From contig CATNEN010000038.1 of assembly GCA_950097015.1 (NCBI GenBank), positions 5,270,001 to 5,334,000 of the forward strand: 64,000 nucleotides of DNA, given 5' to 3'. The notes beneath the pieces are model-generated. The model saw only the letters and a program-made list of their open reading frames with translations. It did no database searches and had not been told where the DNA came from. The first letter of the stretch is position 1. Each line of letters starts with the position of its first letter. A program made the position numbers and the translations under genes. Source of the stretch: Macrostomum hystrix. Lineage: Eukaryota; Animalia; Platyhelminthes. Below are positions 49,301-62,119 of this stretch, piece by piece.

Positions 49301-49865
49301 TGCACCCTAACCTGCCTAGGTGCACCCTAACCTGCCTAGGTGCACCCCAACCTGCCTAGGTGTACTCCAACCTGCCTAGGTGTACCCCAACCTGCCTAGG
49401 TGTACTCCAACCTGCCTAGGTGTACCTTAACCTGCCTAGGTGTACCTCAACCTGCCTAGGTGTACTCCAACCTGCCTAGGTGTACCCCAACCTGCCTAGG
49501 TGTACCCCAACCTGCCTAGGTGTTCCCCAACCTGCCTAGGTGTACCCCAACCTGCCTAGGTGTACCTCAACCTGCCTAGGTGTACCCCAACCTGCCTAGG
49601 TGCACCCAACCTGCCTAGGTGCACCCAACCTGCCTAGGTGTTCCCCAACCTGCCTAGGTGTACCCCAACCTGCCTAGGTGTACCCCAACCTGCCTAGGTG
49701 TACCCCAACCTGCCTAGGTGCACCCAACCTGCCTAGGTGCACCCAACCTGCCTAGGTGTTCCCCAACCTGCCTAGGTGTACCTCAACCTGCCTAGGTGTT
49801 CCCCAACCTGCCTAGGTGTTCCCCAACCTGCCTAGGTGTACCTCAACCTTTTAGGTGTACCCCAA
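49294..49865. repeat. 19-20-bp minisatellite
   Basis: About 28 copies of CCTGCCTAGGTGTACCCCAA. Confidence 0.96.
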
Positions 49866-50225
49866 ACTACCAAACTATCTAGCCAAGGAACTACCTTCTT
49901 TTTAAATGGCAATGACGACAATAGTGCCTTGAAAAATTACAAAAGAATTACTCGTAGCCAAAAGTAATGAAACTAAAAAGCACCTAACTAAAATAGGAAG
50001 AAGGTACAACCGTACACAAGCTATGAAAACATAAAACCATCACAATTTATAATAGGAATGCCAATTTTAAAATTTAAACAAAATACTTTTCCCACACTCA
50101 CGGATGCACAATGCCGTGTTGCCCAAATAAAGAAAACTGTAATAACTGCAGACGAGTGCAAGTTTTAGTTTTACTATTTTCCCTTTTTACTAAAAACACG
50201 ACGAAAACAAAACCAATTAACAGTC

Positions 50226-51613
50226 CCTTCAAGCCTTCCCATTACCCACAAGCGTTCCCATTACCCACAAGCCTTCCCACTACCTTCAAGTCTTCCCATT
50301 ATCCACAAGCCTTCCCACTACCTTCAAGTCTTCCGAGTACGCTCGTGCCTTCAAGCCTTCCCATTACTCACAAGCCTTCCCATTATCCACAAGTCTTCCC
50401 ATTACCCACAAGCCTTCCCATTACCTTCAAGTCTTCCCATTACTCACAAGCCTTCCCATTACCCACAAGCCTTCCCATTACCTTCAAGTCTTCCCATTAC
50501 TCACAAGCCTTCCCATTACCGACAAGCCTTCCCATTACCCACAAGCCTTCCCATTACCCACAAGCCTTCCCATTACTCACAAGCCTTCCCATTACCCACA
50601 AGCCTTCCCATTACCCACAAGCCTTCCCATTACCCACAAGCCTTCCCATTACCCACAAGCCTTCCCATTACCCACAAGCCTTCCCATTACCCACAAGCCT
50701 TCCCATTACTCACAAGCCTTCCCATTACTCACAAGCCTTCCCATTACCCACAAGCCTTCCCATTACCTTCAAGTCTTCCCATTACTCACAAGCCTTCCCA
50801 TTACCGACAAGCCTTCCCATTACCCACAAGCCTTCCCATTACCCACAAGCCTTCCCATTACCCACAAGCCTTCCCATTACTCACAAGCCTTCCCATTATC
50901 CACAAGTCTTCCCACTACCTTCAGGTCTTCCCATTACCCACAAGCCTTCCCATTACCTTCAAGTCTTCCCATTATCCACAAGTCTTTCCACTACCTTCAA
51001 GTCTTCCGAGTACGCTCGTGCCTTCAAGCCTTCCCATTACTCACAAGCCTTCCCATTATCCACAAGTCTTCCCATTACCCACAAGCCTTCCCATTACCTT
51101 CAAGTCTTCCCATTACTCACAAGCCTTCCCATTACCCACAAGCCTTCCCATTACCTTCAAGTCTTCCCATTACTCACAAGCCTTCCCATTACCGACAAGC
51201 CTTCCCATTACCCACAAGCCTTCCCATTACCCACAAGCCTTCCCATTACTCACAAGCCTTCCCATTATCCACAAGTCTTCCCATTACTCACAAGCCTTCC
51301 CATTACTCACAAGCCTTCCCATTACTCACAAGCCTTCCCATTACTCACAAGCCTTCCCATTACTCACAAGCCTTCCCATTACTCACAAGCCTTCCCATTA
51401 CTCACAAGCCTTCCCATTACTCACAAGCCTTCCCATTATCCACAAGTCTTCCCACTACCTTCACGTCTTCCCATTACCCACAAGCCTTCCCACTACCTTC
51501 AAGTCTTCCCATTACCCACAAGCCTTCCCACTACCTTCAAGTCTTCCCATTACTCACAAGCCTTCCCATTATCCACAAGACTTCCCATTACCCACAAGCC
51601 TTCCCATTACCCA
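50226..51613. repeat. 19-bp satellite array, left of the BEL/Pao insertion
   Basis: ACCCACAAGCCTTCCCATT and the variant ACCTTCAAGTCTTCCCATT. Confidence 0.97.
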
Positions 51614-51844
51614 TGTCGGATTCATCTGGCAATCCTCCACGTTAATTCAAGCTTGCCCTACTGCGCTAAATTTAGCTTCTTGTTACACCTTGTTTACCCA
51701 TAGACACCCCCAGCCTCAACTGTACTCTTAAATTTAAATACAAAGTCGCCCAGCCGTTCCCCAAAAGAAACTTATACACACACGCATGTTCGTTCTAGCA
51801 ACTTAAGCTTAACATAAAGCCTTTGTCTCAGTCAGTTGACGACA
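51614..51844 (+). repeat. 5' LTR
   Basis: TGTCGGATTC...GTTGACGACA; matches 57620-57850. Confidence 0.96.
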
Positions 51845-51847
51845 AAT

Positions 51848-51866
51848 TGGTAGCAGAGCGTGGTTT
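51848..51866 (+). promoter_or_regulatory. Primer-binding site complementary to initiator tRNA-Met
   Basis: TGGTAGCAGAGCGTGGTTT begins 3 nt after the 5' LTR; TGGTAGCAGAG is the complement of the animal tRNAi-Met 3' end. Confidence 0.85.
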
Positions 51867-51882
51867 GTTTGGCACCAAGGCA

Positions 51883-54800
51883 ATGGTCAACACTCGCGCG
51901 ACCTCAGCCGAGACTGGGGATTCAACCGACCCGATTTCCGGGGATCATGCAGGACAGGAGCAAGCAACGGGAGGGGCGACCGCTGGACCATCGGCACCAC
52001 TGCTTCAGCCGACAGTTGCCGGCCAGCCGCCAGCCAACCAGGACATGCTTCAGCACCTACTCGGCGTCATGGTCACCATGATGCAGCAAAACCAGCAACT
52101 ACTTACTCAGCTTCAAAGCCAGACAGCGGCAGCCCCACCGGCGCCAGCGGCGGTGCCAGATGCGAACCCACTGCCCACGGCCCGCCGCCCGGCTTCCTTC
52201 GTCGGCGACAGCGTCCTGCGCAACGCACGACTACCGACATTCGATGGTGAGGACCCCGCCGCATTCCCAGCGTTCTGGGGCGCGTTCGATCATCGAATTC
52301 ATGCCCTAGAAATGTCTCCCGTCGACAAGTTTGAGGTCCTTCGAGGTCTCCTCACGGGGGCCGCGTTGCGGAAGCTCGGAGGTCTGGACGCTTGCCAGCC
52401 CGGCGCGTACGAGGAGGCGCGGCGGATTCTGGAATATAACTACGGCGATTTGCAAGAGCAGAAGAGCGCATGCTACAAACGCCTCCTGGACATGCCACGT
52501 CTCAACGACGTCGACTTCCGAACGCTGGAACCCTTCGCGGACGCACTTCGTCTCACTGTGGGTCAGCTTGCCCGGCTGCAGGAGCCGGAAGCGGCGATGG
52601 ACGCATACATCCACGCCTTGTGGCCGAAGTTACCTATCGCGCTCCGGACAGACATTCAGGACGCCCGCATTAAAGCCACTCAGTCGCCCATGCCCACTAT
52701 GACCGACTTGCAAGGACACTTGGACGCGAAGCTACGCGTTCTCCGTGCCGCCAGGACTGTGACAAACGAAGCTCCAGCCGAAGCACCCTACTCCGGTGCC
52801 AGTCTCCTCGGCGCGGCATCAAACTCTTGCCCACCGGCCGCGCAGAACTCAGGACGCAGCTACGCCGCCGGCAGACATCAGCATGGCCCTAGTCGCAAAA
52901 ACACCATCCGCTGTCAGGATATCGCCGGATGCGTCTACTGCGACCAGAGCGGTCACAATGCGTCTCGCTGTGACCGTGTCACCCAGCCCGAGGACCGATT
53001 CAGTGCTGTCCGACGGAAGAAACTGTGTTTCAATTGCCTTGGGGATCACGAGGCACGGCATTGCCCCTCTTCCAGCCGGTGCCGCAAGTGCGGCTCCAAG
53101 CACCATACCTCTCTTCATGGCGCTTACCCGAGGGAACCCGCCATCCAAACTGGAGCAGGCCCCTCGGCGCACTCGCGAAGGCCGCATCAGCCGATAGTCA
53201 ATTCGCATCTCAGTGGCACCTCCCCCCTTGTGGAATCGACGGAGGATTCATCCGGCCCTGTTAACGCCATCTCCTGCGTCTCGTCCGCGCAGGATAGCCT
53301 CCTTCAGCCCATAGTGATGGCCACCTTCTCTGCTCCAGCTGTGAACCCGGCAACTGGGGATTCGGCTCCGATCACGGCCCTTATCGATGGCGGTTGCAGC
53401 TACACCTACCTTCGAGGCGACATAGCCCGGCGAATCGGCCTCCAGTCCCTCGGTACAATCAGCCTCGACAGCTCTGCGTGTCATGCCGAATCTCGCCGTC
53501 GCGTGCACGCCAACATTGTTCGCCTGGAATTAGCCACACTGGATGGTCGACGCATGCCGCTGAAGGTGCTCTCAGTCGAGAGGATTGCTCCAGCCATTCA
53601 CTTACAGGCGCTACAGCTTCCGAAAGATATTCTAACAACCCTCGCCCATCTGCCTCTTGGGATTGCCAATGCACCCCCGATGGTGGACAAGGAGGTGGAC
53701 CTGGATCTGCTGATTGGAAATGATTATGCACAGTTACTCGTAGGCCCGAGCGTTGGTGCAATACCCCTACGTCGCAGCTTCACCGCTCACCTGACCCCGT
53801 TTGGAGCTGTCCTTACCGGCTCCCTCACAGGAACCTCGGACACCCATGCCATCTGCACCCGGGCCACCGAACTCCTCTGTACCGGGCGCCTCATCGTCAA
53901 CTCACTCCACGGCTTGACAGAGCAACCTGTCCCGGACAACCTGTCCCATCTGGAGCTACTTGTAGATAGGATGACCAGTCTCGAGATCCTCGGTCTGGGT
54001 CCAAACACAGAACGGACCACGCAAAGCGAAGATCTCCAGACCAAGCGCCTTCTGGATTCTGCCACTCGGGAACCCGATGGCCGTTTCTCAGTCGCTCTCC
54101 CCTTCAAGCCAGGAGCCGAGCAGCTTCCTTCGAATTTCGGCCAAGCCTATGGCCGTGCTCGCGCAGTTCACAACCGCCTGGATCTCTTGCAACGCATGAA
54201 GTACTACGCTGAGTTCGAGAAACGTAAAACCGAGGGCGTACTCGAGATCGTCGACAGTCGGTCGCCACCTGGACCGATCGTTCACGTCCTACCTCACTTC
54301 CCGGTGATAAAGGAATCAAGTAACACAACAAAAATACGACCCGTCGTTGACGCCTCCGCTCCGACATCCCTTGGAGGCAGCTGCTTGAATGACCTCCTGG
54401 AGACTGGACCAAACCTCCTAACCGACCTTCTCCAGGTCCAGCTCCGTCTACGAGTCTACGAATACGCCTGCGTCAGCGACATCCAGTCTGCATTCTATCA
54501 GATAATGGTACACCCCGGGTGTCGAGACGCTCTACGCATCATCCTGCCGAGAGACATCGCCAAGCCACTCGACCAAGACAACATGCAGCTTTGGCGCTTC
54601 ACGCGGATCGTAATGGGCGCCAGCCCATCACCCTGGATCCTTCTCACGGTGATCCACAAACTCTGCGCCGACGCCATCGCCGGTGGAACCCACCGTTTCG
54701 GACTCCACAAGGGCGAGGTTGAATCTATCCCTTCTGGGCTCTACATGGATAACCTCGTGCAAGGCTACGATTGCAAGACCGAGGGCCCTCGTTTCGTCGC

Positions 54801-57497
54801 TGGACTGCGGGCTCTATTCCACTCGGGGCAGTTCCACCTCCGGGAGTTCGCAGCAAACGACTCACAGGCTCTTCAGGGCCTCCCTGAGGAAGATCGCGTT
54901 GAGAACCCAGTCGTCAGAAACCTCGGTATCGTCTGGGACACCGTCAATGACACCATCCGACTTGCCAAGCCTACGATTTCATGCGGCATCACGCTTACTC
55001 GCGCCAGCTTACTGAGCGTCATCTCCCGCCCCTACGATCCATTTGGATACGTTGCCCCCCTCGTTCTGGCGGGCCGACTTCTCTACAGGGCGGCATTCAA
55101 GCCTAACGATGCCTGGGACACTCTAGCCGATCCTGCCACCGTTGACGCTTGGTCCAGGCTCCGTTCAGACTTCGTTGACATCGACCGCATTGTCATACCT
55201 CGTCGCTGCGTCACGAAGCGCACTGTTCCCAGTCGCCTGGTCATCTTCAGTGATGGTTCACCACAGGCGTATGGCTTCACCGTCTATCTGCACCACACTC
55301 ACGACGGTCGAGTAACCACCACCCTCATCTACGCGAGAGCACGTCTCGTCCCAACTGGCAAGAAAGGCCTACTAATTACCGTTCCGCGCATCGAACTCTG
55401 GGCGCTCTTATCGCTACCCGCGCGACCCTTCTCTTACGAGATATCCTTACTCCAATGCTAGAGATCAGCGGTATAACCCACTTTATCGACAGCCAGATTG
55501 TCCTTTACTGGCTCATGGACGGTGCCAAGCTCCGTCCCTACGAGTGCCACCGCGTCCAGGAGATACGCAACTCCGGGTTGACAGAGGACCGCCGCTACGT
55601 TCCCACTGCAGAGAATCCGGCCGACCATTGTACCAGGCCCCTAACACTGACCCAGCTTATCGCGTCGAACTTCTACACCGGTCCCGAGTTTATTCAACGG
55701 CCTTACCATACGTGGACCTCCTGGCCGCTCCCCGGTCAGTCCGTCAACCCACCAGAGGAAACTCGGCGTAAAGATAAGCCGTCTATTTCGCTTCTGCACG
55801 CTACCAAAGGCGTTGATGAGCCCCCACCTGGAGACATGGATATCACTCGTTTCGGATGCCTCAACACCCTGCTCGGTGCAACCGCATATGTCGTCCGCTT
55901 CGTCACGAGGGACAGGACCCGCGGAGTCCCAGGCTTAAACGCGCGCAACGCCGCCCTCCTTCTCTGGGTCCGGTACACACAGCGTTTACATTACCTCAAG
56001 GACATGATCGCTCTTCAATCGGGCAACCCTGGGAATTGTCGGCTGGTGAATCAGCTTGCCTTGTATCTTGATACCGACGGTTTCGTCCGCTTGAGCTCAC
56101 GCATGGCCAACGCCAATTTGGACGCTGATGCACTGCACCCGTTGCTCCTGCCCTCGAGGAGTCACCTCAGTTATCTATTGATCCGACATATCCACGAGCA
56201 GGAGGTACACGCGACTGCCTCCACAGTTCTTAGTCGACTGAGGGAGCGCTTCTGGATTGTCCGTGGCCTTGCCACTGTGCGCAACGCTCTACGTGGCTGC
56301 CTTGTTTGCCGCGCCTCCAAAGCGCCACCCATGACTCGCCCACATCATGGTCAGCTGCCACCTGAACGTTTGGACTTCACGCAGCCCGCTTTCCGCTCAA
56401 TTCTCATCGATCAGTTAGGACCGATATATACATGGGCGTCCACGACAAGGACGTCAGCCAAGCGCTGGGTCCTCATCCTCTCCTGCGCGACCAGTCGTGC
56501 TGTGCACCTAGAACCTCTGACGGACTACTCCGCGGACGCGGTGCTCCACGCGTTTGAGAGATTTTGGGCCCGGCGAGGCCTCACGGAAGGTACAATCTTC
56601 CTCGATCAGGCGACGGCATTCCAGGCCACCGCCAAGCTGGTAGATACCCTCCTGGCGCCGACGTTCCAGCACAAGATCTTCACGGATCTTCAACCTTTTG
56701 CCACCACCCGTAGACTCCGTTTCAAGTTCGCACCGGTCCGTTCCCCTTGGCACCAGGGTGCGGTGGAAAGGCTTGTCGCTCTTACCAAAGCCAGCCTACG
56801 GCCGGCACTCTGGCGTCGTCGGATCGATGACGATGAACTGCGGACTCTACTCTGCAGGGTTGAAGCCGTACTCAACACACGCCCCCTCACGGCTCTCAGC
56901 AACGACCCAAGGGATCTGCGCCCACTGACACCGGCACATCTTATAGCACCAAACGTCTGCCTCGACCTGCCAGCCGCTTCAGAGAGTCTCCTACCACCGG
57001 CGGACTCGTCAACCGGCAACGTACTACGGGCGCTCTACTACCGCAGGGAACAGATTATCGACGCCTTTTGGGATCGCTGGCGCCGCGAATACCTCCAGCA
57101 TCTGCGATCAATCCATCTGGCAGAACGACGACGCAATCCAGGGGTAACCCAGCAGCCTCGTCAGGATCAACTCTGCCTTCTCGTTGAGAGCACACCTCGT
57201 GCCAGTTGGAAGACTTGTCGCATCCTAGCCCTGCAACCGGATGCACAAGGCGTCGTGCGCTACGTCACAATCCGCACCAGTGCCGGTTACGAATCCCGGC
57301 GTCCTGTCGAGCATCTCGTCCCGCTGGAGGCCGAAGTTGTGGAGCCGGATCCAGAAATCGGCGCCAGGGCGAAGACCCAGGACAGCTCACCGCAGTCGCC
57401 AACGGCAACTAATGTCACGGCTGTACCGACTTCGGTCCGCTCTCTTCGCGCCCGTAAGCGGCAGGGAGTCCGAGACGCCCTGTTTGACATTCCCTGA
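51883..57497 (+). CDS. BEL/Pao Gag-Pol polyprotein, interrupted by one 1-bp frameshift near 55398
   Basis: Gag LPTFDG..FW..F and three knuckles (CVYCDQSGHNASRC, CFNCLGDHEARHC, CRKCGSKHHTSLH). Protease ALIDGG. RT TTKIRPVVDAS, LNDLLETGP, DIQSAFYQI, MGASPSP, YMDN. RNase H IFSDGS, VPRIEL, DSQIVLYW, ENPADHCTR. Integrase H..H..C..C, IDQLGP, LDQATAF, GAVERLV. Confidence 0.95.
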
Positions 57498-57619
57498 GTG
57501 TTACTTCGTGCACTATGAACCTAGAGTTTACCTCAAAGAGACTAAAACTGATGTTCTATCTTCCGCTTCCTAATTTCCTACGCCGTATCCTAGCCATCCG
57601 TACAGCCCCCCCCCCAATC

Positions 57620-57850
57620 TGTCGGATTCATCTGGCAATCCTCCACGTTAATTCAAGCTTGCCCTACTGCGCTAAATTTAGCTTCTTGTTACACCTTGTT
57701 TACCCATAGACACCCCCAGCCTCAACTGTACTCTTAAATTTAAATACAAAGTCGCCCAGCCGTTCCCCAAAAGAAACTTATACACACACGCATGTTCGTT
57801 CTAGCAACTTAAGCTTAACATAAAGCCTTTGTCTCAGTCAGTTGACGACA
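57620..57850 (+). repeat. 3' LTR
   Basis: Matches 51614-51844. Confidence 0.96.
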
Positions 57851-60800
57851 ACCCACAAGCGTTCCCATTACCCACAAGCGTTCCCATTACCCACAAGCCT
57901 TCCCATTACCCACAAGCGTTCCCATTACCCACAAGCCTACCCATTACCCACAAGCCTTCCCATTACCCACAAGCGTTCCCATTACCCACAAGCCTTCCCA
58001 TTACCCACAAGCGTTCCCATTACCCACAAGCCTTCCCATTACCCACAAGCCTTCCCATTACCCACAAGCCTTCCCATTACCCACAAGCGTTCCCATTACC
58101 CACAAGCGTTCCCATTACCCACAAGCCTTCCCATTACCCACAAGCGTTCCCATTACCTACAAGCCTACCCATTACCCACAAGCCTTCCCATTACCCACAA
58201 GCGTTCCCATTACCCACAAGCCTTCCCATTACCTTCAAGTCTTCCCATTACCCACAAGCGTTCCCATTACCCACAAGCCTTCCCATTACCCACAAGCCTT
58301 CCCATTACCCACAAGCCTTCCCATTACCCACAAGCCTTCCCATTACCCACAAGCCTTCCCATTACCCACAAGCCTTCCCATTACCCACAAGCGTTCCCAT
58401 TACCCACAAGCCTACCCATTACCCACAAGCCTTCCAATTACCTTCAAGTCTTCCCATTACTCACAAGCCTTCCCATTACTCACAAGCCTTCCCATTACTC
58501 ACAAGCCTTCCCATTACTCACAAGCCTTCCCATTACCCACAAGCGTTCCCATTACCCACAAGCCTACCCATTACCCACAAGCCTTCCAATTACCTTCAAG
58601 TCTTCCCATTACTCACAAGCCTTCCCATTACTCACAAGCCTTCCCATTACTCACAAGCCTTCCCATTACTCACAAGCCTTCCCATTACTCACAAGCCTTC
58701 CCATTATCCACAAGCCTTCCCATTATTCACAAGCCTTCCCATTACCCACAAGCCTTCCCATTACCCACAAGACTTCCCATTACCCGCAAGCCTTCCCATT
58801 ACCCACAAGCCTTCCCATTACCCACAAGCCTTCCCATTACCCACAAGCCTTCCCATTACCCACAAGCCTTCCCATTACCCACAAGCGTTCCCATTACTCA
58901 CAAGCCTTCCCATTATCCACAAGCCTTCCCATTACCCACAAGCCTTCCCATTACCCACAAGCGTTCCCATTACTCACAAGCCTTCCCATTATCCACAAGC
59001 CTTCCCATTAATCACAAGCCTTCCCATTACCCACAAGCCTTCCCATTACCCACAAGCGTTCCCATTACTCACAAGCCTTCCCATTAACCACAAGCCTTCC
59101 CATTACCCACAAGCCTTCCCATTACTCACAAGACTTCCCATTACTCACAAGCCTTCCCATTACCTTCAAGTCTTCCCATTACTCACAAGCCTTCCCATTA
59201 CCCACAAGCCTTCCCATTACCTTCAAGTCTTCCCATTACTCACAAGCCTTCCCATTACCCACAAGCCTTCCCATTACCCACAAGCCTTCCCATTACCCAC
59301 AAGCGTTTCCATTACCCACAAGCCATCCCATTACCCACAAGCCTTCCCATTACCCACAAGCCTTCCCATTACTCACAAGCCTTCCCATTACCCACAAGCC
59401 TTCCCATTACCCACAAGCCTTCCCAATACCCACAAGCCTTCCCATTACCCACAAGCCTTCCCATTACCCACAAGCCTTCCCATTACCCACAAGCCTTCCC
59501 ATTACCTTCAAGTCTTCCCATTACTCACAAGCCTTCCCATTACCCGCAAGCCTTCCCATTACCTTCAAGTCTTCCCATTACTCACAAGCCTTCCCCTTAC
59601 CCACAAGCCTTCCCATTACCCACAAGCCTTCCCATTACCCACAAGCGTTTCCATTACCCACAAGCCATCCCATTACCCACAAGCCTTCCCATTACCCACA
59701 AGCCTTCCCATTACTCACAAGCCTTCCCATTACCCACAAGCCTTCCCATTACTCACAAGCCTTCCCATTATCCACATGTCTTCCCACTAACTTCAAGTCT
59801 TCCCATTACCCACAAGCCTTCCCACTACCTTCAAGTCTTCCCATTACCCACAAGCCTTCCCACTACCTTCAAGTCTTCCCATTACCCACAAGCCTTCCCA
59901 TTACTCACAAGACTTCCCATTACTCACAAGCCTTCCCATTACCTTCAAGTCTTCCCATTACTCACAAGCCTTCCCATTACCCACAAGCCTTCCCATTACC
60001 TTCAAGTCTTCCCATTACTCACAAGCCTTCCCATTACCCACAAGCCTTCCCATTACCCACAAGCCTTCCCATTACCCACAAGCGTTTCCATTACCCACAA
60101 GCCATCCCATTACCCACAAGCCTTCCCATTACCCACAAGCCTTCCCATTACTCACAAGCCTTCCCATTACCCACAAGCCTTCCCATTACTCACAAGCCTT
60201 CCCATTATCCACATGTCTTCCCACTAACTTCAAGTCTTCCCATTACCCACAAGCCTTCCCATTACTCACAAGACTTCCCATTACTCACAAGCCTTCCCAT
60301 TACCTTCAAGTCTTCCCATTACTCACAAGCCTTCCCATTACCCACAAGCCTTCCCATTACCCACAAGCCTTCCCATTACCCACAAGCGTTTCCATTACCC
60401 ACAAGCCATCCCATTACCCACAAGCCTTCCCATTACCCACAAGCCTTCCCATTACTCACAAGCCTTCCCATTACCCACAAGCCTTCCCATTACTCACAAG
60501 CCTTCCCATTACCCACAAGCCTTCCCACTACCTTCAAGTCTTCCCATTACCCACAAGCCTTCCCACTACCATCAAGTCTTCCCATTACCCACAAGCCTTC
60601 CCATTACTCACAAGCCTTCCCATTATCCACAAGCCTTCCCATTATCCACAAGTCTTCCCACTACCTTCAAGTCTTCCCATTACCCACAAGCCTTCCCATT
60701 ACTCACAAGCCTTCCCATTATCCACAAGTCTTCCCACTACCCACAAGCCTTCCCATTACCCACAAGCCTTCCCATTACTCACAAGCCTTCCCATTATCCA

Positions 60801-61496
60801 CAAGTCTTCCCATTACCCACAAGCCTTCCCATTACCTTCAAGTCTTCCCATTACTCACAAGCCTTCCCATTACCCGCAAGCCTTCCTATTACCTTCAAGT
60901 CTTCCCATTACTCACAAGCCTTCCCATTACCCACAAGCCTTCCCATTACTCACAAGCCTTCCCATTATCCACAAGTCTTCCCACTACCCACAAGCCTTCC
61001 CATTACCCACAAGCCTTCCCATTACTCACAAGCCTTCCCATTATCCACAAGTCTTCCCATTGCCCACAAGCCTTCCCATTACCTTCAAGTCTTCCCATTA
61101 CCCACAAGCCTTCCCACTACCTTCAAGTCTTCCCATTACCCACAAGCCTTCCCATTACTCAAAAGCCTTCCCATTATCCACAAGTCTTCCCACTACCTTC
61201 AAGTCTTCCCATTACCCACAAGCCTTCCCACTACCTTCAAGTCTTCCCATTATCCACAAGCCTTCCCACTACCTTCAAGTCTTCCCATTACCCACAAGCC
61301 TTCCCACTACCTTCAAGTCTTCCCATTATCCACAAGCCTTCCCACTACCTTCAAGTCTTCCCATTATCCACAAGCCTTCCCACTACCTTCAAGCCTTCCC
61401 AGTACGCTCGTGCCTTCAAGCCTTCCCAGTACGCTCGTGCCTTCAAGCCTTCCCAGTACGCTCGTGCCTTCAAGCCTTCCCATTACCGACAAGCCT
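57851..61496. repeat. 19-bp satellite array, right of the BEL/Pao insertion
   Basis: Same ACCCACAAGCCTTCCCATT unit, about 190 copies, resuming in register after the TSD. Confidence 0.97.
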
Positions 61497-61499
61497 TGG

Positions 61500-61920
61500 T
61501 GCCCCGTTGGTCATCAAAGCCGATTCTAAAAGGCAGCGCGCAGCAGGCCAGCGTGCGCTGTGTCGACTTGACGAGGGTCTACGTCTCGGCGTTGTAAGGC
61601 AGGACGGTCTTGACCATCGCCCGGAACAGCGTCGCCCAATACCTGACGTCATCGAAAAGACGGACGGAGTAGCGAGCCGCTCGCCCCTGTCCGCCCGCGC
61701 CTTCTCGGTCCCTGCAGAGCCACCGCAGGACGTCCTGCAGTGGCTCTGGGCAGTAGGCTTCGGCCTGAATAACATGCCCGGCTTGCTCAGCAGGGCAGAA
61801 GGCCGCGTCAGGCGCGCTCTCTGGTACTGAGAGACAGTCTGTCGTCTCGCGGCCAGGGCTGCGGCAAGCGTCAAATGCGGCACGAACCAAGCGGCATGTG
61901 CCGCATCGAGCTGCACCTCT
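61500..61920 (-). pseudogene. Degenerate C-terminal fragments of an RTE-like LINE reverse transcriptase (two partial copies)
   Basis: On the - strand, QLDAAHAA/VRAAF...AGHVIQAEAYCPEPLQDVLRW is followed by LFRAMVKTVLPYNAET*TL..QVDTAHAGLLRAAF. These resemble the RTE-type V..VLLY.AETWTL and GHV.R C-terminal motifs; stops and frameshifts are present. Confidence 0.6.
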
Positions 61921-62119
61921 TGCTCCCCCGTGTCAACTCCCTCGACCTAAGGCGTCCAGGTCTCAGCAGTGTACAACTGGGCGCTCTCGACGCAAGAACC
62001 ACTAGTAGTTAGCTTTACTTTTGCTCTACTGTAGTAGTCTCAACTCTCCTGGAACCTGAACCAGAACCGAAAATCCGATTCATCGAACGACCGGAATGCG
62101 ATTCATCCCTCGGATTCAT

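Larger units (their letters stand above)
51614..57850 (+). mobile_element. BEL/Pao LTR retrotransposon, full-length and recent
   Basis: 231-bp LTRs at 51614-51844 and 57620-57850, identical by eye, with TGTCG...CGACA ends. 5-bp TSD ACCCA (51609-51613, 57851-57855). PBS after the 5' LTR. Domain order gag-PR-RT-RH-IN. Confidence 0.97.

Noticed and set aside
54742-54753. YMDN as an inactivating RT mutation
   Set aside because: YxDN is a known variant in BEL/Pao reverse transcriptases, so it does not show inactivity.
55396-55461. Programmed ribosomal frameshift in the BEL/Pao pol
   Set aside because: The shift falls inside the RNase H domain with no slippery heptamer; BEL/Pao usually has a single ORF, so a 1-bp deletion or error is simpler.
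50226-61496. 19-bp satellite as telomeric repeat
   Set aside because: It does not contain tandem CCCTAA units; it only shares the C-rich strand bias.
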